A stretch of DNA of 34,968 nucleotides, taken from the NCBI GenBank assembly GCA_009693885.1, contig SHWK01000001.1, positions 1-34,968 of the forward strand, written 5' to 3'. A program made the position numbers and the translations under genes. Of this stretch, positions 7,891-16,872 are shown piece after piece (positions within the stretch are counted from its first letter, which is position 1; every line of letters starts with the position of its first letter). The notes beneath the pieces are model-generated. The model was not told the DNA's origin. It ran no database searches and worked only from the letters and a program-made list of their open reading frames with translations. This DNA is from Rickettsiales bacterium (GTDB taxonomy: Bacteria; Pseudomonadota; Alphaproteobacteria; Rickettsiales; UBA1997).

Positions 7891-8787
7891 TTGATTCAAA
7901 TGAAGTTAGCAAAAAGTCCAACCTCCTCAAATCTTGTCGGGGTTGGGCTTCGCTCTCCACATATTCCTTATATTCTCAAAAATCACCAAAAAGTTTCACA
8001 AAAAATTGGATGGTTCGAAGTTCATAGTGAGAATTATTATAATACTCTATCCTCTTCATCAGCAACCCTTCTTCAGGTTAGAAAAGATTTTCATATCAGC
8101 CTACATTCAGTTGGAAATTCTCTCGGATCAGCACAAAAAATTGATCTAAATCATCTTACTAAACTTAAGCAATTAATTGAAGTTATTGATCCATTTTTAG
8201 TTTCTGATCATATTTCTTGGGGCTTAATTGATGGAAAGCACTCAAATGATTTATTACCCCTACCCTACAGCAAAGAGGCTGTAAAAACCCTGTCAGACAA
8301 TATCTCTATAATGCAAGATTTTCTAGGGAGAGAAATTTTAATTGAAAATCCATCAACTTATTTAGCTTATAAACATTCTGAAATGAGCGAAGTTGATTTT
8401 ATTAATATCGTTACAAAAAAAACTGGCTGTAAATTGCTACTCGATATAAATAATATTTATGTTAGTGCACAAAATAATGCGCAATTTGATCCAATAGATT
8501 ATCTTAATCAAGTCGATAAAAAAATTGTCAAAGAAATTCACTTAGCTGGGCATTCCAAAGTGCAAATTTTTGATGGTAAAAAACATCAACAAATTTTGAT
8601 TGATACCCATAATGATTTAGTTTGCGATGAGGTGTGGAGCCTTTATAATCATGCCGTTAAAAGACTTGGCAAAATTCCAACTTTATTAGAATGGGATCAA
8701 GATATTCCAGAATTTAAAGTTTTTGTTAGCGAGGCTAAAAAAGCTAAAAAAATTCTCTTTAACGGATCAATAAAAAAACCGACCTAA
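7891..8787 (+). CDS. DUF692/UPF0276 multinuclear non-heme iron oxidase (MNIO; MbnB/HvfB/BufB-like)
   Basis: 298 aa. Family blocks appear in order: VGVGLRSPH, WFEVHSENYY, HSVGNSLGS, VSDHISWG, LIENPSTY, LLLDINNIYVS, EIHLAGHS, LIDTHND, PTLLEWD. The track start is a TTG at 7891; the ATG at 7900 is an equally plausible start. Confidence 0.9.
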   Translation: MIQMKLAKSPTSSNLVGVGLRSPHIPYILKNHQKVSQKIGWFEVHSENYYNTLSSSSATLLQVRKDFHISLHSVGNSLGSAQKIDLNHLTKLKQLIEVIDPFLVSDHISWGLIDGKHSNDLLPLPYSKEAVKTLSDNISIMQDFLGREILIENPSTYLAYKHSEMSEVDFINIVTKKTGCKLLLDINNIYVSAQNNAQFDPIDYLNQVDKKIVKEIHLAGHSKVQIFDGKKHQQILIDTHNDLVCDEVWSLYNHAVKRLGKIPTLLEWDQDIPEFKVFVSEAKKAKKILFNGSIKKPT

Positions 8788-9554
8788 TGGATCCTAAAAA
8801 CTCAATAACATTATTAGATCTACAACAAGAGTTTTTTGCCCATTTATATGATGATAAAAAACTAAAAATTACCGACTCTCTTGTTCCTTATTCTAACCTT
8901 GAAGCTCTAGCGCGCTTAAATATTTATCGTAATAATGTTTTTGGCAATTTTTCCTCTGTTTTATCTGCGATTTTTAATGTGACTAATAAGATTGTTGGTG
9001 ATGAAAAATTTTCTGCTTTTGTTGAGCAATATATAAAATCTTATTATTCACATAGCGGAAATCTTGATGAATATGGTGAGTTTTTCCCACAATTTCTAAA
9101 TAAAATATTAAGAAAACATAAATTAAGCTATTTATCAGACCTTGCTACGCTTGAATTAGCTCATTATAAAACTTTTTTTGCTGAAAAAATCAAGGATGAA
9201 TTTCCTCTAAAAAAGTTTAAAAAAATATCTCCAGAACATTTTTCAAATCTAGCATTCGCTCTTCATCCATCATGTGTTTTATTTTCTTCAAAATTTCCAA
9301 TTTATTCAATTTGGAATAAGGCAAAAAAATCTAGCAGCAAAAAAGCAGAATTTATACTAGTGGCCAATAGCATGCAACCATTGGTTACAGAGCTATCTGA
9401 AACTGAATTTTTATTTTTAATTGAAATTGGTGAGGGTAAAAAACTTTATCAAGTCTATCAAAAAATTTGTAAAAAAATAAAAAAAGAAGTTGATATAGGA
9501 AAGATATTGAATCACTTTATTACAACTAGAATAATTATTGATTTTTCAACATAA
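8787..9554 (+). CDS. DUF2063 protein (HvfC/BufC-like MNIO partner, putative precursor-recognition subunit)
   Basis: 255 aa. The N-terminal DUF2063 pattern is present: LQQEFFAHL...LARLNIYRNNVFGNFSSVL...VGDEKFSAFVEQYI...SGNLDEYGEFFPQFL. Its ATG overlaps the MNIO stop (TAATG). Confidence 0.85.
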   Translation: MDPKNSITLLDLQQEFFAHLYDDKKLKITDSLVPYSNLEALARLNIYRNNVFGNFSSVLSAIFNVTNKIVGDEKFSAFVEQYIKSYYSHSGNLDEYGEFFPQFLNKILRKHKLSYLSDLATLELAHYKTFFAEKIKDEFPLKKFKKISPEHFSNLAFALHPSCVLFSSKFPIYSIWNKAKKSSSKKAEFILVANSMQPLVTELSETEFLFLIEIGEGKKLYQVYQKICKKIKKEVDIGKILNHFITTRIIIDFST

Positions 9555-9566
9555 TTAACTTTAAGA

Positions 9567-10556
9567 ATGGCAAAAAATATAGCCGAATTCTCTATTATTG
9601 ATGAATTTTTTAAACCACTAACAAACTCTGTTGCAGCTGCGCAGAACTTGGCTGATGATGTAGCAAAAATTTCCTTAAAAAAAGGAGAAGACTTGGTTAT
9701 CAGCAAAGATATGATTGTTGAAGATGTTCATTTTTTAAGAAAAGATGGCGGATTTAAAATTGCCTCCAAGTTGTTGCGATCCAATCTTTCTGATATTGCT
9801 GCCGCTGGCGCAAAGCCAATTTATTACATGTTAGGATTCTCTAAAGATAATAAAATGGATAAATCTTTTTTTACAGAATTCGCTCGCGGTCTTAAAGAAT
9901 CACAAGATGAATTTGGCATTTCTTTAATTGGTGGTGATACAGTAAAAACATCTAGCAAATTGTTTTTTTCAATAACAATTCTTGGTATAGTTAAAGAAAA
10001 TCAAAATTTATTGCGTAAAAATGGCAAAAAAGATGATATAGTTTTTGTTTCAGGAAATATTGGCGACGCCGCTATAGGGCTAATGTTGGCACGAGGTTCA
10101 AAACTTGATTTGATCGCTGACGAAAAAAAATATTTTTTAGCACGGCACTTTTTTCCAACTCCAAGAATCAAACTAGGACAATCCCTCGCCTCACAGAATC
10201 TCTCGCACTGCGCTATTGATGTTTCTGACGGTCTATTGGCTGATTTACAGCATATTTGCGAAGAATCAAATCTATCAGCATTTATTTATCAAAGCAGAAT
10301 TCCTCTTACAATTACAAAAAAAACTTTACCTAAGAGCATTTCTCCACTTGATTTAATTAGTGCTGGAGACGATTATGAGTTAATCTTTACAGCGAAAAAA
10401 TCTGCTGAAAAAAAGATTTTACGGTTAGCAAAAACTTTAAAAATAAAAATCACTGCCATTGGCTATTTAAAAAATGCCACAAAAAAACCGACTGTCACGA
10501 TACTTGATAACAGTGATAAGCCAATAAATTTTTCTAAATATGGCTACCAGCATTAA
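9567..10556 (+). CDS. thiL: Thiamine-monophosphate kinase
   Basis: 329 aa. PurM-like ThiL pattern: EFSIIDEFF...DDVAKI...VISKDMIVEDVHF, SDIAAAGAKP, LIGGDT, VSGNIGDAA, AIDVSDGLLADL, GDDYELIFT. Confidence 0.9.
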   Translation: MAKNIAEFSIIDEFFKPLTNSVAAAQNLADDVAKISLKKGEDLVISKDMIVEDVHFLRKDGGFKIASKLLRSNLSDIAAAGAKPIYYMLGFSKDNKMDKSFFTEFARGLKESQDEFGISLIGGDTVKTSSKLFFSITILGIVKENQNLLRKNGKKDDIVFVSGNIGDAAIGLMLARGSKLDLIADEKKYFLARHFFPTPRIKLGQSLASQNLSHCAIDVSDGLLADLQHICEESNLSAFIYQSRIPLTITKKTLPKSISPLDLISAGDDYELIFTAKKSAEKKILRLAKTLKIKITAIGYLKNATKKPTVTILDNSDKPINFSKYGYQH

Positions 10557-11187
10557 TGATGTAGAATATGTCAGCTCCTTTAAAAGAAGCACTGCAATTT
10601 CAATTGATATGATGATTGTAATGTTTTTTAGAATTGTTATAGCGCAACTTCTTGGAGTTCTGTGGATTAACAATACTATTGCAAAATTTATAGCAGATTT
10701 TCACGAACATTTTGGCACTGAAGTGATCAAAAATAATCCAGAACATATTGAATATATCATCCATCATTTCGCTTTTCGTGAAATGTTATTTTTTTATTTT
10801 ATCATACTATCAATTGGCTTGGTTTATCACGCTTACCTCAATTCTTCAGCTTGGCAAGCCACTATTGGCAAAAGAGTCATGAATATCCAAATTGTAAAAG
10901 CAAATCATCTAAAAATTGGCTTCGGCACAGCAGTCCTTCACTATATTTTATCGATACTGCCAATTATTTATATTATTTATATTTTTGTATTCTTGGTAAA
11001 TAATAACTTAACATTATTCCATGCCATTACCCATACACCATTTAATATATTCTTTGGATTTTTATCTATTATGTGGATTCAAATTCATAGCTTTACCAAA
11101 AGAAAAACCACTATGTATGATCTAATATGTAAGGTAGTTTTTATTCATGGAAAAGTAGATACAAAATTACCTTGGAGCAAGATTTAA
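10540..11187 (+). CDS. RDD-family integral membrane protein
   Basis: 215 aa. N-terminal F-K-R-x-x-A-x-x-ID-x-x-I pattern and a later GKRVMNIQIV block flanked by TM helices, as in RDD domains. It overlaps the thiL end by 17 nt. Confidence 0.6.
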   Translation: MATSINDVEYVSSFKRSTAISIDMMIVMFFRIVIAQLLGVLWINNTIAKFIADFHEHFGTEVIKNNPEHIEYIIHHFAFREMLFFYFIILSIGLVYHAYLNSSAWQATIGKRVMNIQIVKANHLKIGFGTAVLHYILSILPIIYIIYIFVFLVNNNLTLFHAITHTPFNIFFGFLSIMWIQIHSFTKRKTTMYDLICKVVFIHGKVDTKLPWSKI

Positions 11188-11199
11188 TATTTGTGATAA

Positions 11200-14199
11200 A
11201 TGTCAAATAAAAAACATACCAATCATGAGGAAGCCAATTACAACAAGGCTTCCCGTCTTCATGTCAAAAAAAATAAAATTAGTTTATTCTATAAAATAAA
11301 CTTTTTTGTTATACTTTTTATTTCATTGATCTTGCTTTATTTTATAATTTTAGTTTCAGCAAAACCAAAATCTTTTCCCTACATTACCAAAAAAGTTGAA
11401 ACATATCTTCAAGAAAACTTCGGCAAAGATATTGCAATCGATAGCTCTTATATTGGCTTCACAAAATATGGAAGCTTCAAAATTTCAGTTAATAATTTAA
11501 AAATTAACAAATTAAATGATGATGGCACTAGTCAAGAATTTGAGATACCTGTTATTGAGGGAGAGCTGCCTTTATATAATGTTATATTGCTAAATTTTAC
11601 TCCAAGTAAAATAAAAGTTATCGATCCAACAATTATTTTTCATCCCTCTAGCAACACCACATTAGATAAGGCGGCTAGCGACCCGCAAAACCCACTGATT
11701 TATTCTGCGCCATTAATTAGTTTTTTATCGGCAATCAAAAATGATAGACTTCTAATTAAAATTTTTGAAATGCAGAATCTAAAATTTATTATTAGAAAAG
11801 AAAATAAATCTGATACCGAAATATTTCTCAAAGAATCTCGTATTAAAGTTGAATCAAAAAATAGATTTTCTAATGAGGCTTTACAAATTTCATCAGTAAA
11901 CATTGTAAGCTTTAACCATGGTTCTGACATTCATTTAAACGCAAATTGTAAATTTAATGCGCAAGATAGCACTCTTTGCGCTCTCGCCTTATCAAATTTA
12001 TCAACTGGGTCAATTGCCAGTTTAAACCCCGCTTTAGCTGCTATTTATCAAGTCAATACATCGATAAACGCTACCGCAACTCTCATAATAAAAAACCAAC
12101 AAATTCACGGCCTCTCTTTTAAAGCTCAAGCCAAAAATGGTTATTTTGATTTACCTGAATTTTTTAGTAAAAAAATTAATTTCTCAAATTTAATATTAAG
12201 TGGCGATTATAATAATGATCTTGATGTTCTTAATTTATCATCTATCGAAGCTGATCTTGATGCGGATAAAAATAATCAAAGCACAATAAAAGAAAAACAC
12301 TTATTGATGTCACTTTATGTTACTAATTTACAGAGTACTCAGAATAAAAAATCAAATTTTGATATTAGGCTATCAAATGTTCCAACCAATCAAATAGAGG
12401 GCTTTTGGCCAATTTCTATTCCTGGTCAAGATATAAGAAAATGGGTAGTTGCACATATTAGTGATGGAAAAATTGAAAATGCATTTGCAAAATTTTCTCT
12501 ATCAACAATAGCTGGAGTTACCAATCTTGATAGAATTGATTCGCAAATTTCCTTCACTAATTTAAGCCTAAATTATAATGAATATTTCCCAAAAATTACT
12601 GCTCTAAAAGGAATGGCAGTATTTACAAAAAATCAAATGAATATTGCTATTGCAGGCGCCGATGTATTGGGCAGCAAAATTTATGATGCTAATGTTGCAA
12701 TCGACGATTTTAGCTCCCCAATCACAATATTAAATATTGCTGGAAACCTTTCTGGCAATGCTGCAGATGGTATAAAGCATGCTGATTATAAATCATCTTT
12801 TGCCGCAGAAATAGAAAAATATTTCAATGGAAGCGCCGTTGGAAATTTCACTATTAAAATTCCTCTACAAGAAACAGTTGCCCTAAAAGATATTTATATT
12901 TTAGCCAATGAAAAAATAGAAAATCTTAATAATGTTTATGTAAAAGGTGCCATCGCTGTAAATTCTGTTAAAAACTTCAATAGCAACAGCTTTATTACCT
13001 CAATTGATTTAACAGCTGCTACCTTGGAATTTAAGGCATTTGATATTGATAAAAAACTATCAATCCCCAGTGGAATTAATTTTTCTTTTATTGTTTCTGA
13101 CGATGATAATATTCAATTAAAAAATATTAATTTGTGGAAAAAAGATAATATTATTGAAAATAAAAAATCAATAATTGCTGAAGCAAAGCTATCTGGCGAT
13201 ATATCATTTGGAACCGCTCCATTCATACTTACAGCTCTTAATTTAAAAAATCAAAACTTTGGCAAAAATAATTATTCTTTTTCCTACCAAAATAATGAGA
13301 AACAAAAATCACAAACAATTTCTGTTAGTGGAAAAATTTTAAATTTAGCCGCCTTCCTTCAAAACAAACTACCATTTACCAGCTCTTCAAATGATGCGGG
13401 AAGGATCTCTCTTAAGGTTGCTATAGATAAGGTGCTATTGGTTAATAAAAAATATCTCAACAAGTTGTATCTATCATTAAATTATGTTAATGGAATTTTT
13501 TACAACAGCACTATCAAAACCAACTATAGCAAACAACAAAGCCTTAATTTATATACCACTGAGCGCAAACCAAAAGAAAATTTTACAACTATTATAGGCG
13601 CAGTTACTGATGTTGGATATCTGGCTGAGGGCTTAAATATTTCAGATACAATTTTTGGAGGAAGTGCAAAAATTAAAATCACCAATCAAATAACCAACAC
13701 TTTGCCAACCTTTATTGGTGAGGTTAAAATTGATAATGATATAACTTTCTATGAAAACAATATCACTAAACTCTTAGCAAAAAATACACTTTTTTCTACC
13801 ATTAAAGATACGATTTTTTCTAATAATAAAACTATTTTTAATACAGTGAAGCTCAATTTTACCTTTAGCAAAATGAACCTTCAGATAGATTCATTTATAG
13901 CGAATAATTACAAAATTGGCGTTACAGCTAAGGGATTAATAAATCTTTCTGATAATACTTATGATATTAAAGGAATGATTATTCCTGGATTTGTAATTAA
14001 CAATCTTTTTGGAATTGGAAAAATTCCTTTGATTGGCGGAGTAATTAGTGGCATATTTACTGGCGGCGAAGGCGGTGGATTGTTTGGAATCAAATATGAA
14101 TATAAAAAATTAGATCCTAAAAGAGAAGCTACATTCGAAACCAACAAAGTAAGCGCCTTTGTGCCAGTTAGTATTAGAAATTTATTTGATGGGATTTAA
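11200..14199 (+). CDS. Large AsmA-like/YhdP-like (DUF3971-type) envelope protein, N-terminally membrane-anchored
   Basis: 999 aa with one N-terminal TM (FFVILFISLILLYFIILV). The body is long and beta-rich, N/S/I-rich. The Gly-rich C-terminal segment (PLIGGVISGIFTGGEGGGLFGIKYEYKK) resembles AsmA-like C-terminal regions. Assignment rests on architecture, not alignment. Confidence 0.55.
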   Translation: MSNKKHTNHEEANYNKASRLHVKKNKISLFYKINFFVILFISLILLYFIILVSAKPKSFPYITKKVETYLQENFGKDIAIDSSYIGFTKYGSFKISVNNLKINKLNDDGTSQEFEIPVIEGELPLYNVILLNFTPSKIKVIDPTIIFHPSSNTTLDKAASDPQNPLIYSAPLISFLSAIKNDRLLIKIFEMQNLKFIIRKENKSDTEIFLKESRIKVESKNRFSNEALQISSVNIVSFNHGSDIHLNANCKFNAQDSTLCALALSNLSTGSIASLNPALAAIYQVNTSINATATLIIKNQQIHGLSFKAQAKNGYFDLPEFFSKKINFSNLILSGDYNNDLDVLNLSSIEADLDADKNNQSTIKEKHLLMSLYVTNLQSTQNKKSNFDIRLSNVPTNQIEGFWPISIPGQDIRKWVVAHISDGKIENAFAKFSLSTIAGVTNLDRIDSQISFTNLSLNYNEYFPKITALKGMAVFTKNQMNIAIAGADVLGSKIYDANVAIDDFSSPITILNIAGNLSGNAADGIKHADYKSSFAAEIEKYFNGSAVGNFTIKIPLQETVALKDIYILANEKIENLNNVYVKGAIAVNSVKNFNSNSFITSIDLTAATLEFKAFDIDKKLSIPSGINFSFIVSDDDNIQLKNINLWKKDNIIENKKSIIAEAKLSGDISFGTAPFILTALNLKNQNFGKNNYSFSYQNNEKQKSQTISVSGKILNLAAFLQNKLPFTSSSNDAGRISLKVAIDKVLLVNKKYLNKLYLSLNYVNGIFYNSTIKTNYSKQQSLNLYTTERKPKENFTTIIGAVTDVGYLAEGLNISDTIFGGSAKIKITNQITNTLPTFIGEVKIDNDITFYENNITKLLAKNTLFSTIKDTIFSNNKTIFNTVKLNFTFSKMNLQIDSFIANNYKIGVTAKGLINLSDNTYDIKGMIIPGFVINNLFGIGKIPLIGGVISGIFTGGEGGGLFGIKYEYKKLDPKREATFETNKVSAFVPVSIRNLFDGI

Positions 14200-14213
14200 A
14201 ACTATTGAGGCAA

Positions 14214-15158
14214 TTACATCAAGCGCAGCAACTTCTCACGATCAGCTTCAATAAAAGAATTTTTGTGCAAATCGATCAAATAGCTTTTTGATTCCGTCCC
14301 CAACTCTCTCGTAAATATTTTTTTACGCGCTTCGGCCGCATCATTTTCTTTTAATTCAGTCACTGATTTTTTATCAAGCAATCTAAAAATATAGTAGCCA
14401 TCCGATAAAAATACCGGATCAGAATATTCGTTTTTATCCAAAGCACTAATTGAATCATAAATTTTAATATCAATATCAGCGCGAGAAACCCAGCCGATCT
14501 CGCCGTCACCCTCAGATGTAGGGCTACGAGAAAATTGTTTAACAATAGTTTTAAAATTTGCGCCATGCTTTAATTCCACAACTAGCTTTGTTGCCAGAAG
14601 CTTTGCATCTTTTTCATCTGGGATAAAAATTTCTGCAATCAAAAATTTTGTAATATCAGTATTTAATTTTTGCTGCTCTAAAAACTCTTTAATCTCAGAA
14701 TCAGTAATTTTAATGCGTGATTTCACGGAATTAGAAATAATTTGTGACCAAATTAAATCTGCTTTAATTTGATTGCGATAAGCAGAAAAAGATATTTTTT
14801 TACTAGCAAAATATTTTTTTAAATTAGCGGTATTTTTTTTCTGTCTTTCAGCTAAAGATTCAACAACGCCATCAATTTCAGCATTAGTTAATTCTATGTG
14901 CAACTTATCGCCTTCTTGTCGAATAAGCTCTTCATCAATCATTTTATCAATAATTTGATTGAGCAATAATCGCTTTTCTTCAGAAGAATTTACTTTGATT
15001 TTTGATTCGGAGATAACAAAATTATAACGATCTTCAAGATCAGAAAAAGAAATGACACGATTGTTAACTTTAGCTATTATAAAGCCAGTTTCAGCATTTG
15101 CAGAGCAGATTAGAGAGATAAAAAAAATTACAGAAATAAAAACTCGAAAGAAAATCAT
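14214..15158 (-). CDS. surA: SurA-like periplasmic chaperone / parvulin-type peptidyl-prolyl isomerase
   Basis: 314 aa with a signal peptide (…LICSANA). It has a SurA N-domain-like region and a parvulin block (AEIFIP...GANFKTIVKQFSRSPTSEGDGEIGWVSR...Y.IFRLLDKK). The start overlaps the ctpA stop by 4 nt. Confidence 0.8.
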   Translation of the reverse strand: MIFFRVFISVIFFISLICSANAETGFIIAKVNNRVISFSDLEDRYNFVISESKIKVNSSEEKRLLLNQIIDKMIDEELIRQEGDKLHIELTNAEIDGVVESLAERQKKNTANLKKYFASKKISFSAYRNQIKADLIWSQIISNSVKSRIKITDSEIKEFLEQQKLNTDITKFLIAEIFIPDEKDAKLLATKLVVELKHGANFKTIVKQFSRSPTSEGDGEIGWVSRADIDIKIYDSISALDKNEYSDPVFLSDGYYIFRLLDKKSVTELKENDAAEARKKIFTRELGTESKSYLIDLHKNSFIEADREKLLRLM

Positions 15159-16480
15159 TTGATTTTTTTGTAAACATTAACTCCACGCAATACATCTATG
15201 GCGCGCGCCAATTGATAGTCTTGCTCATAAAGCTTAATATTATCATCTTTAATTTGAGTCGCTTTAGCTTCTTCAATTTCTTTTTGTAGCTGTACTTCAA
15301 TATGACCTTTTAAATCAGCTTCAGAATCACGCTCAAGGACTTTTTCGCCTTGAGAAATTTTTGCATCACTAACAATGATATCTGGCTCAATTCCATGCGC
15401 TTGAATTGATTTGCCGCTTGGTGTGTAATATAGCGAGGTCGTAAGACGCAAAGCGCCATGATTTTGCGCAAGAGGAATCACTGTTTGCACAGATCCTTTA
15501 CCAAAAGATTTAATGCCCATGATTATTGCGCGCTTATTATCTTGCAAAGCACCCGCAACAATTTCAGATGCAGAAGCTGATCCCTCATTGATCAACACCA
15601 CAATTGGAACATTTGGTATCAAGGCTTCATTTTGCTCAGCAACATAATTTTTACTTTCTGATTTATCGCGTCCAGAAATTGAAACTATGGTTTTTCCCTT
15701 ATCTAAAAAAAGCTCACTAATTTTATTTGCTTGATCCAAAAGACCACCGGGGTTATTTCTTAAATCCAAAACTAATCCTTTAAGATTTCCTTCTCCAATT
15801 TGTGTTTTTAATTTTTGTAATTCTGTTATTAAGCCTTGCGCAGCTTGTTCTGAGAAGGTGCTAACCTTAATATAGGCGACTTCTTTGAAACTAGCAGATT
15901 TAATAGCTTTTACTTTGATAATTTCGCGTTTGATAGTTTTTTCAAGCTGGGCTTTTTCACCTTTACGAATAATAGTAATCTTAACTTCAGTACCAGGTTT
16001 GCCACGCAATTTTTTAACAACTTCATCAATTGATTGTCCAACAACTGTTTTTCCATCAACTCTAGTAATGTAATCTCCAGATTTGATACCAACCTTAAAA
16101 GCTGGTGTATCATCGATCGCAGTTACAACCTTTACAACTTGAGATTCCAGGGTAATTTCAATGCCTAAGCCGCCAAATTCGCCTTTGGTTTGCACTTGCA
16201 TCTCTTTGAGAGCCTCTTCATTTAAATAAGAAGAGTGTGGATCAAGCGCTGTTAAAATACCATCTGCTGCCGATTCATAAAGCTGACGATCAGTTTTTTC
16301 TTCAACATATTCTTTTTTTACACGAACAACAATATCATCAAGAAAACTTTTTTGATTAGTAAAATCACCATCAGTAGAAACCTTGAGGGGCTTAATTTGA
16401 ATTTGAGATATCGAAAAAGCAGAATAAAATCCAGCAGAAATCGATGCGATTATGACCAGAGAAAGGTGAAGTTTTTTCAT
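15155..16480 (-). CDS. ctpA: S41 carboxy-terminal processing protease
   Basis: 441 aa with a signal/anchor. PDZ block (GGLGIEIT...TPAFKVGIKSGDYITRVDG) and S41 catalytic blocks (VLINEGSASASEIVAGALQD, FGKGSVQT). Confidence 0.92.
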   Translation of the reverse strand: MKKLHLSLVIIASISAGFYSAFSISQIQIKPLKVSTDGDFTNQKSFLDDIVVRVKKEYVEEKTDRQLYESAADGILTALDPHSSYLNEEALKEMQVQTKGEFGGLGIEITLESQVVKVVTAIDDTPAFKVGIKSGDYITRVDGKTVVGQSIDEVVKKLRGKPGTEVKITIIRKGEKAQLEKTIKREIIKVKAIKSASFKEVAYIKVSTFSEQAAQGLITELQKLKTQIGEGNLKGLVLDLRNNPGGLLDQANKISELFLDKGKTIVSISGRDKSESKNYVAEQNEALIPNVPIVVLINEGSASASEIVAGALQDNKRAIIMGIKSFGKGSVQTVIPLAQNHGALRLTTSLYYTPSGKSIQAHGIEPDIIVSDAKISQGEKVLERDSEADLKGHIEVQLQKEIEEAKATQIKDDNIKLYEQDYQLARAIDVLRGVNVYKKIK

Positions 16481-16848
16481 TATTTGATTCCGTATTCTTC
16501 TTTTAGTTTGTTGGTTATTTCAACCGGCGGCTCATCTCCATAGGCTGAATGCAGGATTTTGCCATAATTCTCGAGATGAATGATATCATCATTTAAAGCC
16601 TTAAGAAAAAGCTGCAATTTTAAACGCTCAACCAAAACATAATACCAAGCATTGCGCTCAGCATCGATACCTTTGACTAGATAGATTAAATCAGCCTGCA
16701 TCTTTTTTTGCGGATCAATTTGCTTTAAAGGCACAACGGGCTTAGATACAGCCATATCAGAAATACTACTTTTAGATTTTTGCGCCTCCTCCAAAACATT
16801 TTTTGAAGTTACTGCGGGTTTTTTAGCGTATTTATCTGCAAAAGACAT
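16480..16848 (-). CDS. Hypothetical protein (122 aa), translationally coupled to ctpA
   Basis: The ORF's stop overlaps the ctpA start by 1 nt. There is no signal peptide and I recognise no family. The C-terminal half (NAWYYVLVERLKLQLFLKALN...) looks globular. Confidence 0.5.
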   Translation of the reverse strand: MSFADKYAKKPAVTSKNVLEEAQKSKSSISDMAVSKPVVPLKQIDPQKKMQADLIYLVKGIDAERNAWYYVLVERLKLQLFLKALNDDIIHLENYGKILHSAYGDEPPVEITNKLKEEYGIK

Positions 16849-16872
16849 ATTAATTTATTATTTGATTATTGA

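Noticed and set aside
7643-7960. Antisense ORFs of 105 aa and 61 aa overlapping the precursor peptide gene
   Set aside because: They are Phe/Ser-rich mirror images of the Lys/Ala/Glu-rich sense frame and have no signal or motif. The sense ORF has a lipobox signal peptide and operonic spacing with the MNIO gene.
9567-10556. thiL as a PurM-like tailoring enzyme of the RiPP cassette
   Set aside because: It shows the full ThiL motif set and length. It is most simply a housekeeping gene packed next to the cassette in a compact genome.
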